From: a virus
Taxonomy: Duplodnaviria > Heunggongvirae > Uroviricota > Caudoviricetes
DNA: 16,108 bases
Strand: one strand, 5' to 3'
IMG/VR virus record: IMGVR_UViG_3300045988_124840
Part shown: in pieces, positions 7,151 to 15,652 of the stretch
How positions within the stretch are numbered: position 1 is the stretch's first letter
How the letters are laid out: each line of letters starts with the position of its first letter
The notes under the pieces: model-generated
The model's database searches: none
What the model saw: only the letters and a program-made list of their open reading frames with translations
Told to the model about the DNA's origin: nothing
Translations under genes and position numbers: made by a program

Positions 7151-9412
7151 ATGAATAATAACTCTAAGTTATTAAGCTCTATCTCGGTTGAATCTGATTT
7201 CGAGAACCTTATAAAACTATATGCAAATGAGTTATTTGGTGGTGAAACATATCTGATCGGTGGTCCTTGGGATAATGGAAAGGATTTGGTAATAAAAAAG
7301 GGGAATAGAGAGTTAAAGCAAGCTGTACAAATATCTATTCAAGAGAAAAATATTGAAAGTAAGATTGCTCAAGATATTAAAAAAGTGGCGAAATTGGTTG
7401 ATGATCATTATTACCCGCCTGTATTATATTTTTTTTGGAGTCATTCAATATCTGAGCATTTATTGGATAAGATAAGAACAAATGCTCTTAAGGAAGATTT
7501 GATTAGATTGGAGTTTTATGATGCCAAACGGATCTCTCAAGATATTACAGATAAATACCCAGGGTTATTGAATTACTTAATAAAAGATATACATAAGATA
7601 AGTTCTAATACTGAAGATGCAATTAACTTGCAACAAAGAGCATTTTATGAATATTTATTGTTAAGCAAAGATAGTGCTAATTTAAAAAATGAAATAATAA
7701 AAGCTAGTATTATGTCTAATTTATATGATGGCGGGAAGTCTGCTGATGATATTCTAGAGAATCTAAAAGGTGTTAGTCTTACAAAACGTAGTTTACAGGG
7801 TAGACTGCAAAACCTAATTCATCAAAATAAAATTAGATTGAATGATGGTATATATAGCCTGTCACCAGAGGAAATTAAAAAGCTTGAGAATATAAATCTC
7901 CGTGAAATTGTCAGAAAAGAAGAGTTGTTATCAGTAATAAATAATGAGTTGCCCAGAAATACAAGTAAGAATCTGGCTGTTCAAGTTGTTGATTTAATAA
8001 TAAAGGCTTATGAAGAATCAATAAATGTCCAATTAACAGAAAGTAAATTTGAGCCTCCAAAATTACAGATATTCAAAACTATAGTACATAATTTAAAGGT
8101 GTTGATACGGCAGGAATATGATTTGGATGATGAGTCTTCGGATGCTTTAGCAAAAAAGCTAATGGAGTTGGCTGGTCAAAATGACTATTTATCCGAGCAT
8201 TGCTCTGCTAAATTATGTGTGAATCTTTTAAGTGATCGGAAATTAGAGAAATATATTGAAAATAAAAATTTTTATATCTACTTTGATGCGCCTGTTCTTA
8301 TTCCATATTTGATAACTCTTATGTTTGGAGATTTTGAGCTTTTTGATAAGTCGATTAAAAATATAAATTTACTGAGAGAGTGCATAAATCCCCTCAAAAA
8401 TAAACATCTGAGAGTTTCTAATGAACATTTTGAAGAAACTGCAAGGCACTACTCTGAAGCTGAAAAATTAAGTCAGTTTGTAACTGAAGATTTAATTAGT
8501 CAACTTGGTGAGTCGAAAAATGTATACTTTAATGTTTATATGCGGTGGAAAAACAAACAGCCTAAACGTACAGATTTTTACGATTTTACTTATGCTTTTC
8601 TAGGGTTGGATAAAGATGATATTTATGCGGGGTATAAGCATGACACATTTGCGCAATGCATTCATAATTTACTAGCGTCAGCAAATATTGTTGTAATTGA
8701 TAATAAAGACTCGGTGTCACAAGACTTTGTATTTAAAATAAAGCAAAAACTTAAAAGGGATTTGAATTCTTCACGTCCCGTTCGAGCCATAGAAAATGAT
8801 GTTATATGTGCTGCAACTTTGAGTGATGAAACCCTACATCTTGATTCCAATGGTTACTTCAGTACTCCCATGCTAATAACACTTGATAGATCTCAATATC
8901 TATTGAGAAGCATAGTAAGAAATGAAAGGAGACATGCTGAATGGTTGGTTTATACCCCTCAAAGAGCAATTGAACGTCTTTCCTTGGTGGGTTTAAAAAT
9001 ATCATCGGAATCGTTAAAGGATGGTGTTTTAGCAACCATATCAGAAGAATATTTCTTTAAAGAAAGTTCCAGTAGTTTGATTGATACTTTGGCTATTATC
9101 ATTGGAGATAATCAAGCAAGGCAAGGAGATGTTATTAGGCTTGCATCGCTTTTAAAAAGAAAGGTCAATGAGGAATCTATTGAGAATTCAGAAATTGATA
9201 TTGAACACTATAATAACATTAGTTATGTGCTTCTTTTCATTCATCGTGAATTTAAATCTGAATTTTCAAATATAATAAAAATTTTTGCTGAGGATAGTAG
9301 GCGAGATAAACTGGTTGAAGTTTTGTTATCCACTATTCAAGGAGTTTTTGATGAGAGTAAAAAGGAAATCTTGCGCTCAAATATAGGACGGTTGTTGGCT
9401 GAAATGGGATGA
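7151..9412 (+). CDS. Hypothetical AT-rich cargo protein (753 aa); possible N-terminal Mrr-like PD-(D/E)xK nuclease fold, rest unknown; candidate anti-phage defence protein
   Basis: Single long ORF with codon usage unlike the P2 backbone (AT-rich, Lys/Asn/Ile-rich). ATG at 7151 preceded by AAAGGA with a 6-nt spacer; the track start at 7145 is TTG. N-terminal segment FENLIKLYANELFGGETYLIGGPWDNGKDLVI ... QAVQISIQEK resembles the D-x-G-x-D ... Q-x-K core of Mrr-type restriction-endonuclease domains. No Walker A motif seen. Function is inferred from context only. Confidence 0.75.
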   Translation: MNNNSKLLSSISVESDFENLIKLYANELFGGETYLIGGPWDNGKDLVIKKGNRELKQAVQISIQEKNIESKIAQDIKKVAKLVDDHYYPPVLYFFWSHSISEHLLDKIRTNALKEDLIRLEFYDAKRISQDITDKYPGLLNYLIKDIHKISSNTEDAINLQQRAFYEYLLLSKDSANLKNEIIKASIMSNLYDGGKSADDILENLKGVSLTKRSLQGRLQNLIHQNKIRLNDGIYSLSPEEIKKLENINLREIVRKEELLSVINNELPRNTSKNLAVQVVDLIIKAYEESINVQLTESKFEPPKLQIFKTIVHNLKVLIRQEYDLDDESSDALAKKLMELAGQNDYLSEHCSAKLCVNLLSDRKLEKYIENKNFYIYFDAPVLIPYLITLMFGDFELFDKSIKNINLLRECINPLKNKHLRVSNEHFEETARHYSEAEKLSQFVTEDLISQLGESKNVYFNVYMRWKNKQPKRTDFYDFTYAFLGLDKDDIYAGYKHDTFAQCIHNLLASANIVVIDNKDSVSQDFVFKIKQKLKRDLNSSRPVRAIENDVICAATLSDETLHLDSNGYFSTPMLITLDRSQYLLRSIVRNERRHAEWLVYTPQRAIERLSLVGLKISSESLKDGVLATISEEYFFKESSSSLIDTLAIIIGDNQARQGDVIRLASLLKRKVNEESIENSEIDIEHYNNISYVLLFIHREFKSEFSNIIKIFAEDSRRDKLVEVLLSTIQGVFDESKKEILRSNIGRLLAEMG

Positions 9413-9426
9413 TTTCTTGGTTATTG

Positions 9427-9459
9427 AACGGCACTATGGTCGTTGCTTATAGTGCCGTT
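9427..9459. terminator. Stem-loop between the convergent cargo gene and Q (possible terminator)
   Basis: AACGGCACTA ... TAGTGCCGTT, a 10-bp perfect stem with a 13-nt loop, followed by only TT. A second short hairpin TGCCATT-ATG-AATGGCA lies at 9471..9487. Neither has a strong U-tract. Confidence 0.35.
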
Positions 9460-9503
9460 TTAAGGTGTCGTGCCATTATGAATGGCATATCCGAGTTTAT
9501 ATA

Positions 9504-10538
9504 TTAGGTATCGCAAGTATCTAGTGAGTAGTTTTTAAAGCGGATGACCTCCTGACCGAGCCAGCCGTTTATCTCGCGGATCCTGTCCTGTAACGGGATA
9601 AGCTCATTGCGGACAAAGACCTTTGCCACTTTCTCAATATCGCCCAGTGACCCGACGTTCTCCGGCTTGCCGCCCATCAACTGAAAGGGGATGCGGTGCG
9701 CGTCCAGTAGGTCAGCGGCGCTGGCTTTTTTGATATTAAAAAAATCGTCCTTCGTTGCGACTTCACTGAGCGGGATAATTTTAATGCCGTCGGCTTTCCC
9801 CTGTGGGGCATAGAGAAACAGATTTTTAAAGTTGTTGCGGCCTTTCGACTTCACCATGTTTTCGCGGAGCATTTCGATATCGTTGCGATCCTGCACGGCA
9901 TCAGTGACGTACATGATGTATCCGGCATGTGCGCCGTTTTCGTAATACTTGCGGCGGAACAGCGTGGCCGACTCATTCAGCCAGGCAGAGTTAAGGGCGC
10001 TGAGATATTCCGGCAGGCCGTACAACTCCTGATTAATATCCGGCTCCAGCAGGTGAAACACGGAGCCGGGCGCGAAGGCTGTCGGTTCGTTGAAGGACGG
10101 CACCCACCAGTAAACATCCTCTTCCACCCCACGGCGGGTATATTTTGCCGGTGAGGTTTCCAGTCTGATGACCTTACCGGTGGTGCTGTAACGCTTTTCC
10201 AGAAACGCATTACCGAACACCAGAAAATCCAGCACAAAGCGGCTGAAATCCTGTTGTGAAAGCCACGGATGCGGGATAAATGTCGAGGCCAGAATATTAC
10301 GTTTGACGTAAATCGGTGAGCTGTGATGTACGGCAGCACGCAGGCTTTTTGCCAGACCGGTAAAGCTGACCGGTGGCTCATACCATCTGCCGTTACTGAT
10401 GCACTCGACGTAATCCAGAATGTCACGGCGGTCGAGTACCGGCACCGGCTCACCAAAGGTGAATGCCTCCATTTTCGGGGCGCTGGCGGTCATTGTTTTT
10501 GCCGCAGGTTGCGGTGTTTTCCCTTTTTTCTTGCTCAT
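9504..10538 (-). CDS. Q: Portal protein Q (344 aa)
   Basis: 344-aa ORF with ATG at 10538, lying near cos on the minus strand as in P2. Its start overlaps the stop of the upstream P-derived frame by 1 nt (TGATG). Length matches P2 gpQ. Confidence 0.9.
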   Translation of the reverse strand: MSKKKGKTPQPAAKTMTASAPKMEAFTFGEPVPVLDRRDILDYVECISNGRWYEPPVSFTGLAKSLRAAVHHSSPIYVKRNILASTFIPHPWLSQQDFSRFVLDFLVFGNAFLEKRYSTTGKVIRLETSPAKYTRRGVEEDVYWWVPSFNEPTAFAPGSVFHLLEPDINQELYGLPEYLSALNSAWLNESATLFRRKYYENGAHAGYIMYVTDAVQDRNDIEMLRENMVKSKGRNNFKNLFLYAPQGKADGIKIIPLSEVATKDDFFNIKKASAADLLDAHRIPFQLMGGKPENVGSLGDIEKVAKVFVRNELIPLQDRIREINGWLGQEVIRFKNYSLDTCDT

Positions 10539-10745
10539 CAGTAAAACTCCAGAATGGTGGATGTCAGCGGGGTGCTGATACCGGCGGTGAGTGGCTCATT
10601 TAACAGGGCGTGCATGGTCGCCCAGGCGAGGTCGGCGTGGCTGGCTTCCTCGCTGCGGCTGGCCTCATAGGTGGCGCTGCGTCCGCTGCTGGTCATGGTC
10701 TTGCGGATAGCCATAAACGAGCTGGTGATGTCGGTGGCGCTGACG
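10538..10745 (-). pseudogene. P: Truncated terminase large-subunit gene P (C-terminal ~68 codons only)
   Basis: Minus-strand frame ending ...LTAGISTPLTSTILEFY with its stop overlapping the Q start, the P2 P–Q arrangement. Upstream of about 10745 the same frame runs antisense to FII-like coding sequence, so only the 3' end of P is left. The upper boundary is approximate. Confidence 0.5.
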
Positions 10746-10750
10746 TCGTA

Positions 10751-11071
10751 TTCCCGGATTCGGTTATCTGGGAGCTTTACGCCGCAACCGGTGTGGATGC
10801 CGTCCCGATTCGTTTTGCTGGCTCTTACCAGCGCGACGATACCGGCGAAACGGTGGCCGTCGAGGTGGTCATGCGTGGCCGTCAGAAAGAAATCGACACC
10901 GGCGAGGGTAAACAGGGAGAAGACACCGAGTCGAAAATCTCCGTGGTCTGCACCTATTTCCGGCTGACGATGGACGGTAAGGAGCTGGTCGAAATCGACA
11001 CCATTAACATGATTGAGAAGGTGAACGGCGTCGACCGGCTGGAGCAACACCGCCGCAATATCGGCCTGTGA
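10751..11071 (+). pseudogene. FII: 5'-truncated tail tube gene FII (C-terminal ~105 codons)
   Basis: The C-terminal part of the + ORF (FPDSVIWELYAATGVDAVPIRFAGSYQRDD ... VNGVDRLEQHRRNIGL) is protein-like, matches the P2 FII C-terminus as I remember it, and sits in the expected place just upstream of E. The first ~47 residues of the track ORF look like non-coding read-through. No start codon or RBS for a full-length FII. The 5' boundary is approximate. Confidence 0.6.
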
Positions 11072-11127
11072 TTTTCATCCGGTCAGCCAGGCTGACCGGT
11101 TAACCCCGATTCAGAAGTGAGAAAACC

Positions 11128-11403
11128 ATGAACAAAGAAAATGTGATTACCCTGGACAATCCGGTCAAGCGTGGTGAGCAGGTTATCGAACAGGTCACGC
11201 TGATGAAACCCAATGCCGGGACGCTGCGCGGTGTCAGTCTGGCAGCGGTCGCGAACTCCGAAGTCGATGCACTGATTAAGGTGCTGCCGCGCATGACAGC
11301 ACCGATGCTGACCGAGCAGGAGGTCGCCGCGCTGGAACTGCCTGACCTTGTGGCGCTGGCCGGTAAGGTGGTCGGTTTTTTGTCGCCGAACTCGGTGCAG
11401 TGA
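11128..11403 (+). CDS. E: Tail assembly chaperone E (91 aa)
   Basis: 91-aa ORF directly upstream of the tape-measure gene. Contains the slippery T-run near its 3' end (see E+E'). Confidence 0.88.
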   Translation: MNKENVITLDNPVKRGEQVIEQVTLMKPNAGTLRGVSLAAVANSEVDALIKVLPRMTAPMLTEQEVAALELPDLVALAGKVVGFLSPNSVQ

Positions 11404-11555
11404 CGTTTCCGAAAAATCTGTCGGTCGATGACCTGATGGCGGATGTGGCTGTGATATTTCACTGGCCGCCATCAGAACTGTACCCCATGAGCCTGACCGA
11501 ACTCATCACATGGCGCGAAAAGGCGCTCCGGCGAAGCGGAAACACGAATGAGTAA
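11128..11555 (+). CDS. E+E': E+E' tail chaperone fusion made by programmed -1 ribosomal frameshift
   Basis: Slippery heptamer-like run GGTTTTTTG at 11374..11382 (six T's at 11376..11381). The -1 frame stays open from there to TAA at 11553..11555, overlapping the T start by 8 nt. This parallels the conserved G/GT-type chaperone frameshift upstream of tape-measure genes. Confidence 0.75.
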
Positions 11556-13995
11556 CAATGTAAAATTACAGGTATTGCTCAGGGCTGTTGACCAGGCATC
11601 CCGCCCGTTTAAATCCATCCGCACAGCGAGTAAGTCGCTGTCGGGGGATATCCGGGAAACACAAAAATCACTGCGCGAGCTGAACGGTCACGCATCCCGT
11701 ATTGAGGGATTCCGCAAGACCAGTGCACAGCTCGCCGTGACTGGTCATGCACTTGAAAAGGCACGGCAGGAGGCCGAAGCCCTTGCCACACAGTTTAAAA
11801 ATACCGAACGACCGACCCGTGCTCAGGCGAAAGTGCTGGAATCCGCAAAGCGAGCGGCGGAGGACTTACAGGCGAAATATAACCGCCTGACGGATTCCGT
11901 TAAACGCCAGCAGCGGGAACTGGCCGCTGTGGGAATTAATACCCGCAATCTTGCACATGATGAGCAGGGGCTGAAAAACCGTATCAGTGAAACCACCGCA
12001 CAGCTTAACCGTCAGCGCGACGCACTGGCGCGTGTCAGTGCACAACAGGCAAAACTTAACGCAGTAAAACAGCGTTATCAGGCCGGAAAGGAACTGGCCG
12101 GAAATATGGCCTCAGTGGGCGCTGCCGGTGTGGGGATTGCTGCTGCGGGAACGATGGCCGGTGTTAAGCTGCTGATGCCCGGTTATGAGTTTGCGCAGAA
12201 AAACTCAGAATTGCAGGCTGTGCTCGGTGTGGCAAAAGACTCCGCCGAAATGGCCGCATTACGCAAACAGGCGCGCCAGCTCGGCGACAATACCGCCGCC
12301 TCGGCAGATGATGCAGCCGGTGCGCAGATTATTATTGCGAAAGCCGGTGGGGATGTTGATGCCATTCAGGCGGCAACGCCGGTCACGCTGAACATGGCGC
12401 TGGCGAACCGCCGCACGATGGAAGAAAACGCCGCCCTGCTGGTGGGGATGAAATCCGCCTTTCAGCTTTCAAACGATAAGGTCGCTCATATCGGGGATGT
12501 TCTCTCCATGACGATGAACAAAACCGCCGCCGATTTTGACGGCATGAGCGATGCGCTGACCTATGCCGCACCTGTGGCAAAAAATGCCGGTGTCAGCATT
12601 GAAGAAACCGCCGCAATGGTCGGGGCGCTGCATGATGCAAAAATCACAGGCTCAATGGCGGGGACGGGAAGCCGTGCCGTGTTAAGCCGCCTGCAGGCAC
12701 CGACGGGAAAAGCGTGGGATGCACTGAAAGAGCTTGGTGTGAAAACCTCAGACAGCAAGGGAAACACCCGACCAGTATTTACCATTCTGAAAGAAATGCA
12801 GGCCAGTTTTGAGAAAAACCGGCTCGGTACTGCCCAGCAGGCCGAATACATGAAAACCATTTTCGGGGAGGAGGCCAGCTCAGCCGCCGCTGTGCTGATG
12901 ACTGCCGCGTCAACCGGAAAGCTGGACAAACTGACCGCTGCGTTTAAAGCCTCAGACGGGAAGACCGCCGAGCTGGTAAATATCATGCAGGACAACCTCG
13001 GCGGTGACTTTAAGGAGTTTCAGTCCGCTTATGAGGCGGTGGGGACTGACCTGTTTGACCAGCAGGAAGGCGCGCTGCGTAAGCTCACGCAGACGGCCAC
13101 AAAGTATGTGTTAAAACTTGACGGCTGGATACAGAAAAACAAATCACTGGCGTCAACCATCGGCCTCATTGCCGGTGGCGCACTGGCGCTTACTGGCATC
13201 ATCGGTGCCATTGGCCTTGTAGCCTGGCCGGTTATCACTGGCATCAATGCCATTATCGCGGCAGCAGGCGCAATGGGGGCAATCTTCACGACGGTTAGCA
13301 GTGCTGTTATGACGGCCATCGGGGCGATTAGCTGGCCGGTTGTGGCCGTGGTGGCCGCCATTGTCGCCGGGGCGTTGCTTATCCGTAAATACTGGGAGCC
13401 TGTCAGCGCATTCTTTGGCGGTGTGGTTGAAGGGCTGAAAGCGGCATTTGCGCCGGTGGGGGAACTGTTCACGCCACTGAAGCCGGTGTTTGACTGGCTG
13501 GGTGAAAAGTTACAGGCCGCGTGGCAGTGGTTTAAAAACCTGATTGCCCCGGTCAAAGCCACCCAGGACACCCTGAACCGTTGCCGTGACACGGGCGTCA
13601 TGTTCGGGCAGGCACTGGCTGACGCGCTGATGCTGCCGCTTAATGCGTTCAACAAACTGCGCAGTGGCATTGACTGGGTACTGGAAAAACTCGGTGTTAT
13701 CAACAAAGAGTCAGACACACTTGACCAGACCGCCGCCAGAACTCAAGCCGCCACGTATGGCAGCGGTGGTTATATTCCGGCGACCAGCTCTTATGCAGGC
13801 TATCAGGCTTATCAGCCGGTCACGGCACCGGCTGGCCGCTCTTATGTAGACCAGAGTAAAAACGAATATCACATCAACCTGACGGGTGGTACTGTGCCGG
13901 GGACACAGCTTGACCGCCAGTTACAGGATGCGCTTGAAAAATACGAGCGGGATAAACGTGCGCGCGCCCGTGCCAGCATGATGCATGACGGTTAA
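11548..13995 (+). CDS. T: Tail tape measure protein T (815 aa)
   Basis: 815-aa ORF with a coiled-coil-like N-terminal half and a long Gly/Ala/Ile-rich hydrophobic block (LASTIGLIAGGALALTGIIGAIGLVAWPVITGINAIIAAAGAMGAIF...), typical of tape-measure proteins. Size matches P2 gpT. Confidence 0.92.
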   Translation: MSNNVKLQVLLRAVDQASRPFKSIRTASKSLSGDIRETQKSLRELNGHASRIEGFRKTSAQLAVTGHALEKARQEAEALATQFKNTERPTRAQAKVLESAKRAAEDLQAKYNRLTDSVKRQQRELAAVGINTRNLAHDEQGLKNRISETTAQLNRQRDALARVSAQQAKLNAVKQRYQAGKELAGNMASVGAAGVGIAAAGTMAGVKLLMPGYEFAQKNSELQAVLGVAKDSAEMAALRKQARQLGDNTAASADDAAGAQIIIAKAGGDVDAIQAATPVTLNMALANRRTMEENAALLVGMKSAFQLSNDKVAHIGDVLSMTMNKTAADFDGMSDALTYAAPVAKNAGVSIEETAAMVGALHDAKITGSMAGTGSRAVLSRLQAPTGKAWDALKELGVKTSDSKGNTRPVFTILKEMQASFEKNRLGTAQQAEYMKTIFGEEASSAAAVLMTAASTGKLDKLTAAFKASDGKTAELVNIMQDNLGGDFKEFQSAYEAVGTDLFDQQEGALRKLTQTATKYVLKLDGWIQKNKSLASTIGLIAGGALALTGIIGAIGLVAWPVITGINAIIAAAGAMGAIFTTVSSAVMTAIGAISWPVVAVVAAIVAGALLIRKYWEPVSAFFGGVVEGLKAAFAPVGELFTPLKPVFDWLGEKLQAAWQWFKNLIAPVKATQDTLNRCRDTGVMFGQALADALMLPLNAFNKLRSGIDWVLEKLGVINKESDTLDQTAARTQAATYGSGGYIPATSSYAGYQAYQPVTAPAGRSYVDQSKNEYHINLTGGTVPGTQLDRQLQDALEKYERDKRARARASMMHDG

Positions 13996-14009
13996 GGAGG
14001 TGACGAAAA

Positions 14010-14489
14010 ATGATGCTCGCGTTAGGTATGTTTGTTTTTATGCGCCAGACGCTGCCACACCAGACCATGCAGCGTGAATCAGATTATCGCTGGCCGTCAA
14101 ATTCCCGTATCGGTAAACGGGATGCCTTTCAGTTTCTCGGCGTTGGCGAGGAAAACATCACGCTTGCCGGTGTGCTTTATCCCGAGCTGACCGGCGGAAA
14201 GCTGACGATGACCACGCTCAGGCTGATGGCAGAGGAAGGTCGGGCGTGGCCGTTGCTGGATGGCACCGGCATGATTTACGGCATGTATGTCATCAGCAGG
14301 GTGAGTGAAACAGGGAGTATTTTCTTTGCAGACGGCACACCCCGAAAAATTGATTTTACGCTGTCGCTCACCCGCGTTGATGAATCACTGGCCGCGCTTT
14401 ATGGCGATATCGGTAAACAGGCGGAATCGCTCATCGGTAAGGCTGGCAGTATGGCGACTAAATTCACGGGTATGACGGGGGCGGGATAA
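14010..14489 (+). CDS. U: Tail protein U (159 aa)
   Basis: 159-aa ORF with AAGGAGG RBS at 13994..14000. Position between T and D and size match P2 gpU. Confidence 0.88.
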   Translation: MMLALGMFVFMRQTLPHQTMQRESDYRWPSNSRIGKRDAFQFLGVGEENITLAGVLYPELTGGKLTMTTLRLMAEEGRAWPLLDGTGMIYGMYVISRVSETGSIFFADGTPRKIDFTLSLTRVDESLAALYGDIGKQAESLIGKAGSMATKFTGMTGAG

Positions 14490-15652
14490 TGCTGGATGCG
14501 CTGACATTTGATGCAGGCAGTACGCTGACACCGGATTACATGCTGATGCTCGACAGCAGGGATATTACCGGCAATATCAGCGACCGTCTGATGAGCATGA
14601 CCCTGACGGATAACCGGGGCTTTGAGGCTGACCAGCTTGATATTGAACTGAACGATGCCGACGGGCAGGTCGGGCTGCCGGTTCGTGGCGCTGTCCTGAC
14701 GGTGTATATCGGCTGGAAAGGTTTTGCCCTGGTATGCAAAGGGAAATTTACCGTTGATGAGGTTGAACACCGGGGCGCGCCGGATGTGGTTACCATCCGC
14801 GCCCGGAGTGCAGATTTTCGCGGGACGCTCAATTCCCGCCGGGAAGGCTCATGGCATGACACCACGCTCGGTGCGATTGTTGAGGCGATAGCCTCCCGTA
14901 ACAGGCTGGAAGCCAGTGTCGCGCCGTCACTGGCCGGAATTAAAATCCCGCACATCGACCAGTCGCAGGAGTCTGATGCAAAATTCCTGACCCGCCTTGC
15001 TGAACGCAACGGCGGTGAGGTGTCGGTAAAAATGGGAAAATTGTTGTTTCTCAAAGCGGGGCAGGGGGTGACGGCCAGTGGTAAAAAAATCCCGCAGATT
15101 ACCATCACCCGCAGCGACGGCGACCGTCATCATTTTGCGATTGCTGACCGTGGAGCCTACACCGGCGTAACGGCAAAGTGGTTACACACCAAAGACCCGA
15201 AGCCGCAAAAGCAGAAGGTAAAACTGAAACGCAAAAAGAAAGAGAAACACCTGCGCGCACTGGAGCACCCGAAAGCGAAACCGGTCAGGCAGAAGAAAGC
15301 GCCAAAAGTACCGGAAGCGCGCGAAGGTGAATACATGGCCGGTGAGGCTGACAACGTTTTTGCCCTGACCACGGTATATGCCACGAAAGCACAGGCCATG
15401 CGTGCTGCTCAGGCGAAGTGGGATAAACTGCAACGGGGCGTTGCGGAGTTCTCCATCATCCTGGCTACCGGTCGTGCAGATATTTACACGGAAACACCGG
15501 TCAGAGTGTCAGGCTTTAAGCGCGTCATAGACGAGCAGGACTGGACAATCACTAAGGTGACACATTTTCTGAATAATAGCGGCTTCACGACGTCCTTGGA
15601 GCTTGAGGTCAGGCTTTCTGATGTGGAGTACGAAACAGAAGATGATGAGTGA
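14489..15652 (+). CDS. D: Tail protein D (387 aa; late-gene-control D)
   Basis: 387-aa ORF whose start overlaps the U stop (ATGA-type junction). Size and position match P2 gpD. Contains a Lys-rich low-complexity linker (KPQKQKVKLKRKKKEKH...). Confidence 0.88.
   Translation: MLDALTFDAGSTLTPDYMLMLDSRDITGNISDRLMSMTLTDNRGFEADQLDIELNDADGQVGLPVRGAVLTVYIGWKGFALVCKGKFTVDEVEHRGAPDVVTIRARSADFRGTLNSRREGSWHDTTLGAIVEAIASRNRLEASVAPSLAGIKIPHIDQSQESDAKFLTRLAERNGGEVSVKMGKLLFLKAGQGVTASGKKIPQITITRSDGDRHHFAIADRGAYTGVTAKWLHTKDPKPQKQKVKLKRKKKEKHLRALEHPKAKPVRQKKAPKVPEAREGEYMAGEADNVFALTTVYATKAQAMRAAQAKWDKLQRGVAEFSIILATGRADIYTETPVRVSGFKRVIDEQDWTITKVTHFLNNSGFTTSLELEVRLSDVEYETEDDE

Noticed and set aside
8662-8850. Antisense ORF inside the 753-aa cargo gene
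   Set aside because: Short, antisense to a long coherent ORF, no RBS.
9927-10544. ORFs 9927..10154, 9977..10456 and 10323..10544 overlapping Q
   Set aside because: Alternative frames and antisense to the portal gene. GC-rich phage DNA yields long spurious frames.
10538-11071. Full-length readings of minus ORF 10538..11050 (170 aa) and plus ORF 10610..11071 (153 aa), and 10671..10967
   Set aside because: The two long frames overlap on opposite strands. Only the 3' part of the minus frame (P-like) and the 3' part of the plus frame (FII-like) look like real coding sequence, so they are reported as truncated pseudogene fragments instead.
11083-11472. Minus-strand ORFs 11083..11472 and 11100..11462 opposite E
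   Set aside because: Antisense to E and to the E' extension. No independent support.
11609-14068. Multiple ORFs inside or antisense to T (11609..11791, 12183..12365, 12185..12391, 12383..12580, 12561..12995, 13029..13718, 13643..13849, 13874..14068)
   Set aside because: All are nested in the 815-aa tape-measure gene. The Ala/Ser/Thr-rich translations are typical antisense artefacts of GC-rich coding DNA.
15185-15330. Lys-rich low-complexity stretch within D, considered as a possible insertion or nuclear-localisation-like signal
   Set aside because: It is in frame, the total D length equals the expected 387 aa, and it is most simply a native flexible linker. Nothing in the sequence suggests a foreign insertion.
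14399-15433. Minus-strand ORFs within U/D (14399..14770, 14536..15108, 14927..15133, 15157..15399, 15182..15433)
   Set aside because: Antisense to the U and D genes, which have the expected sizes and translational coupling.
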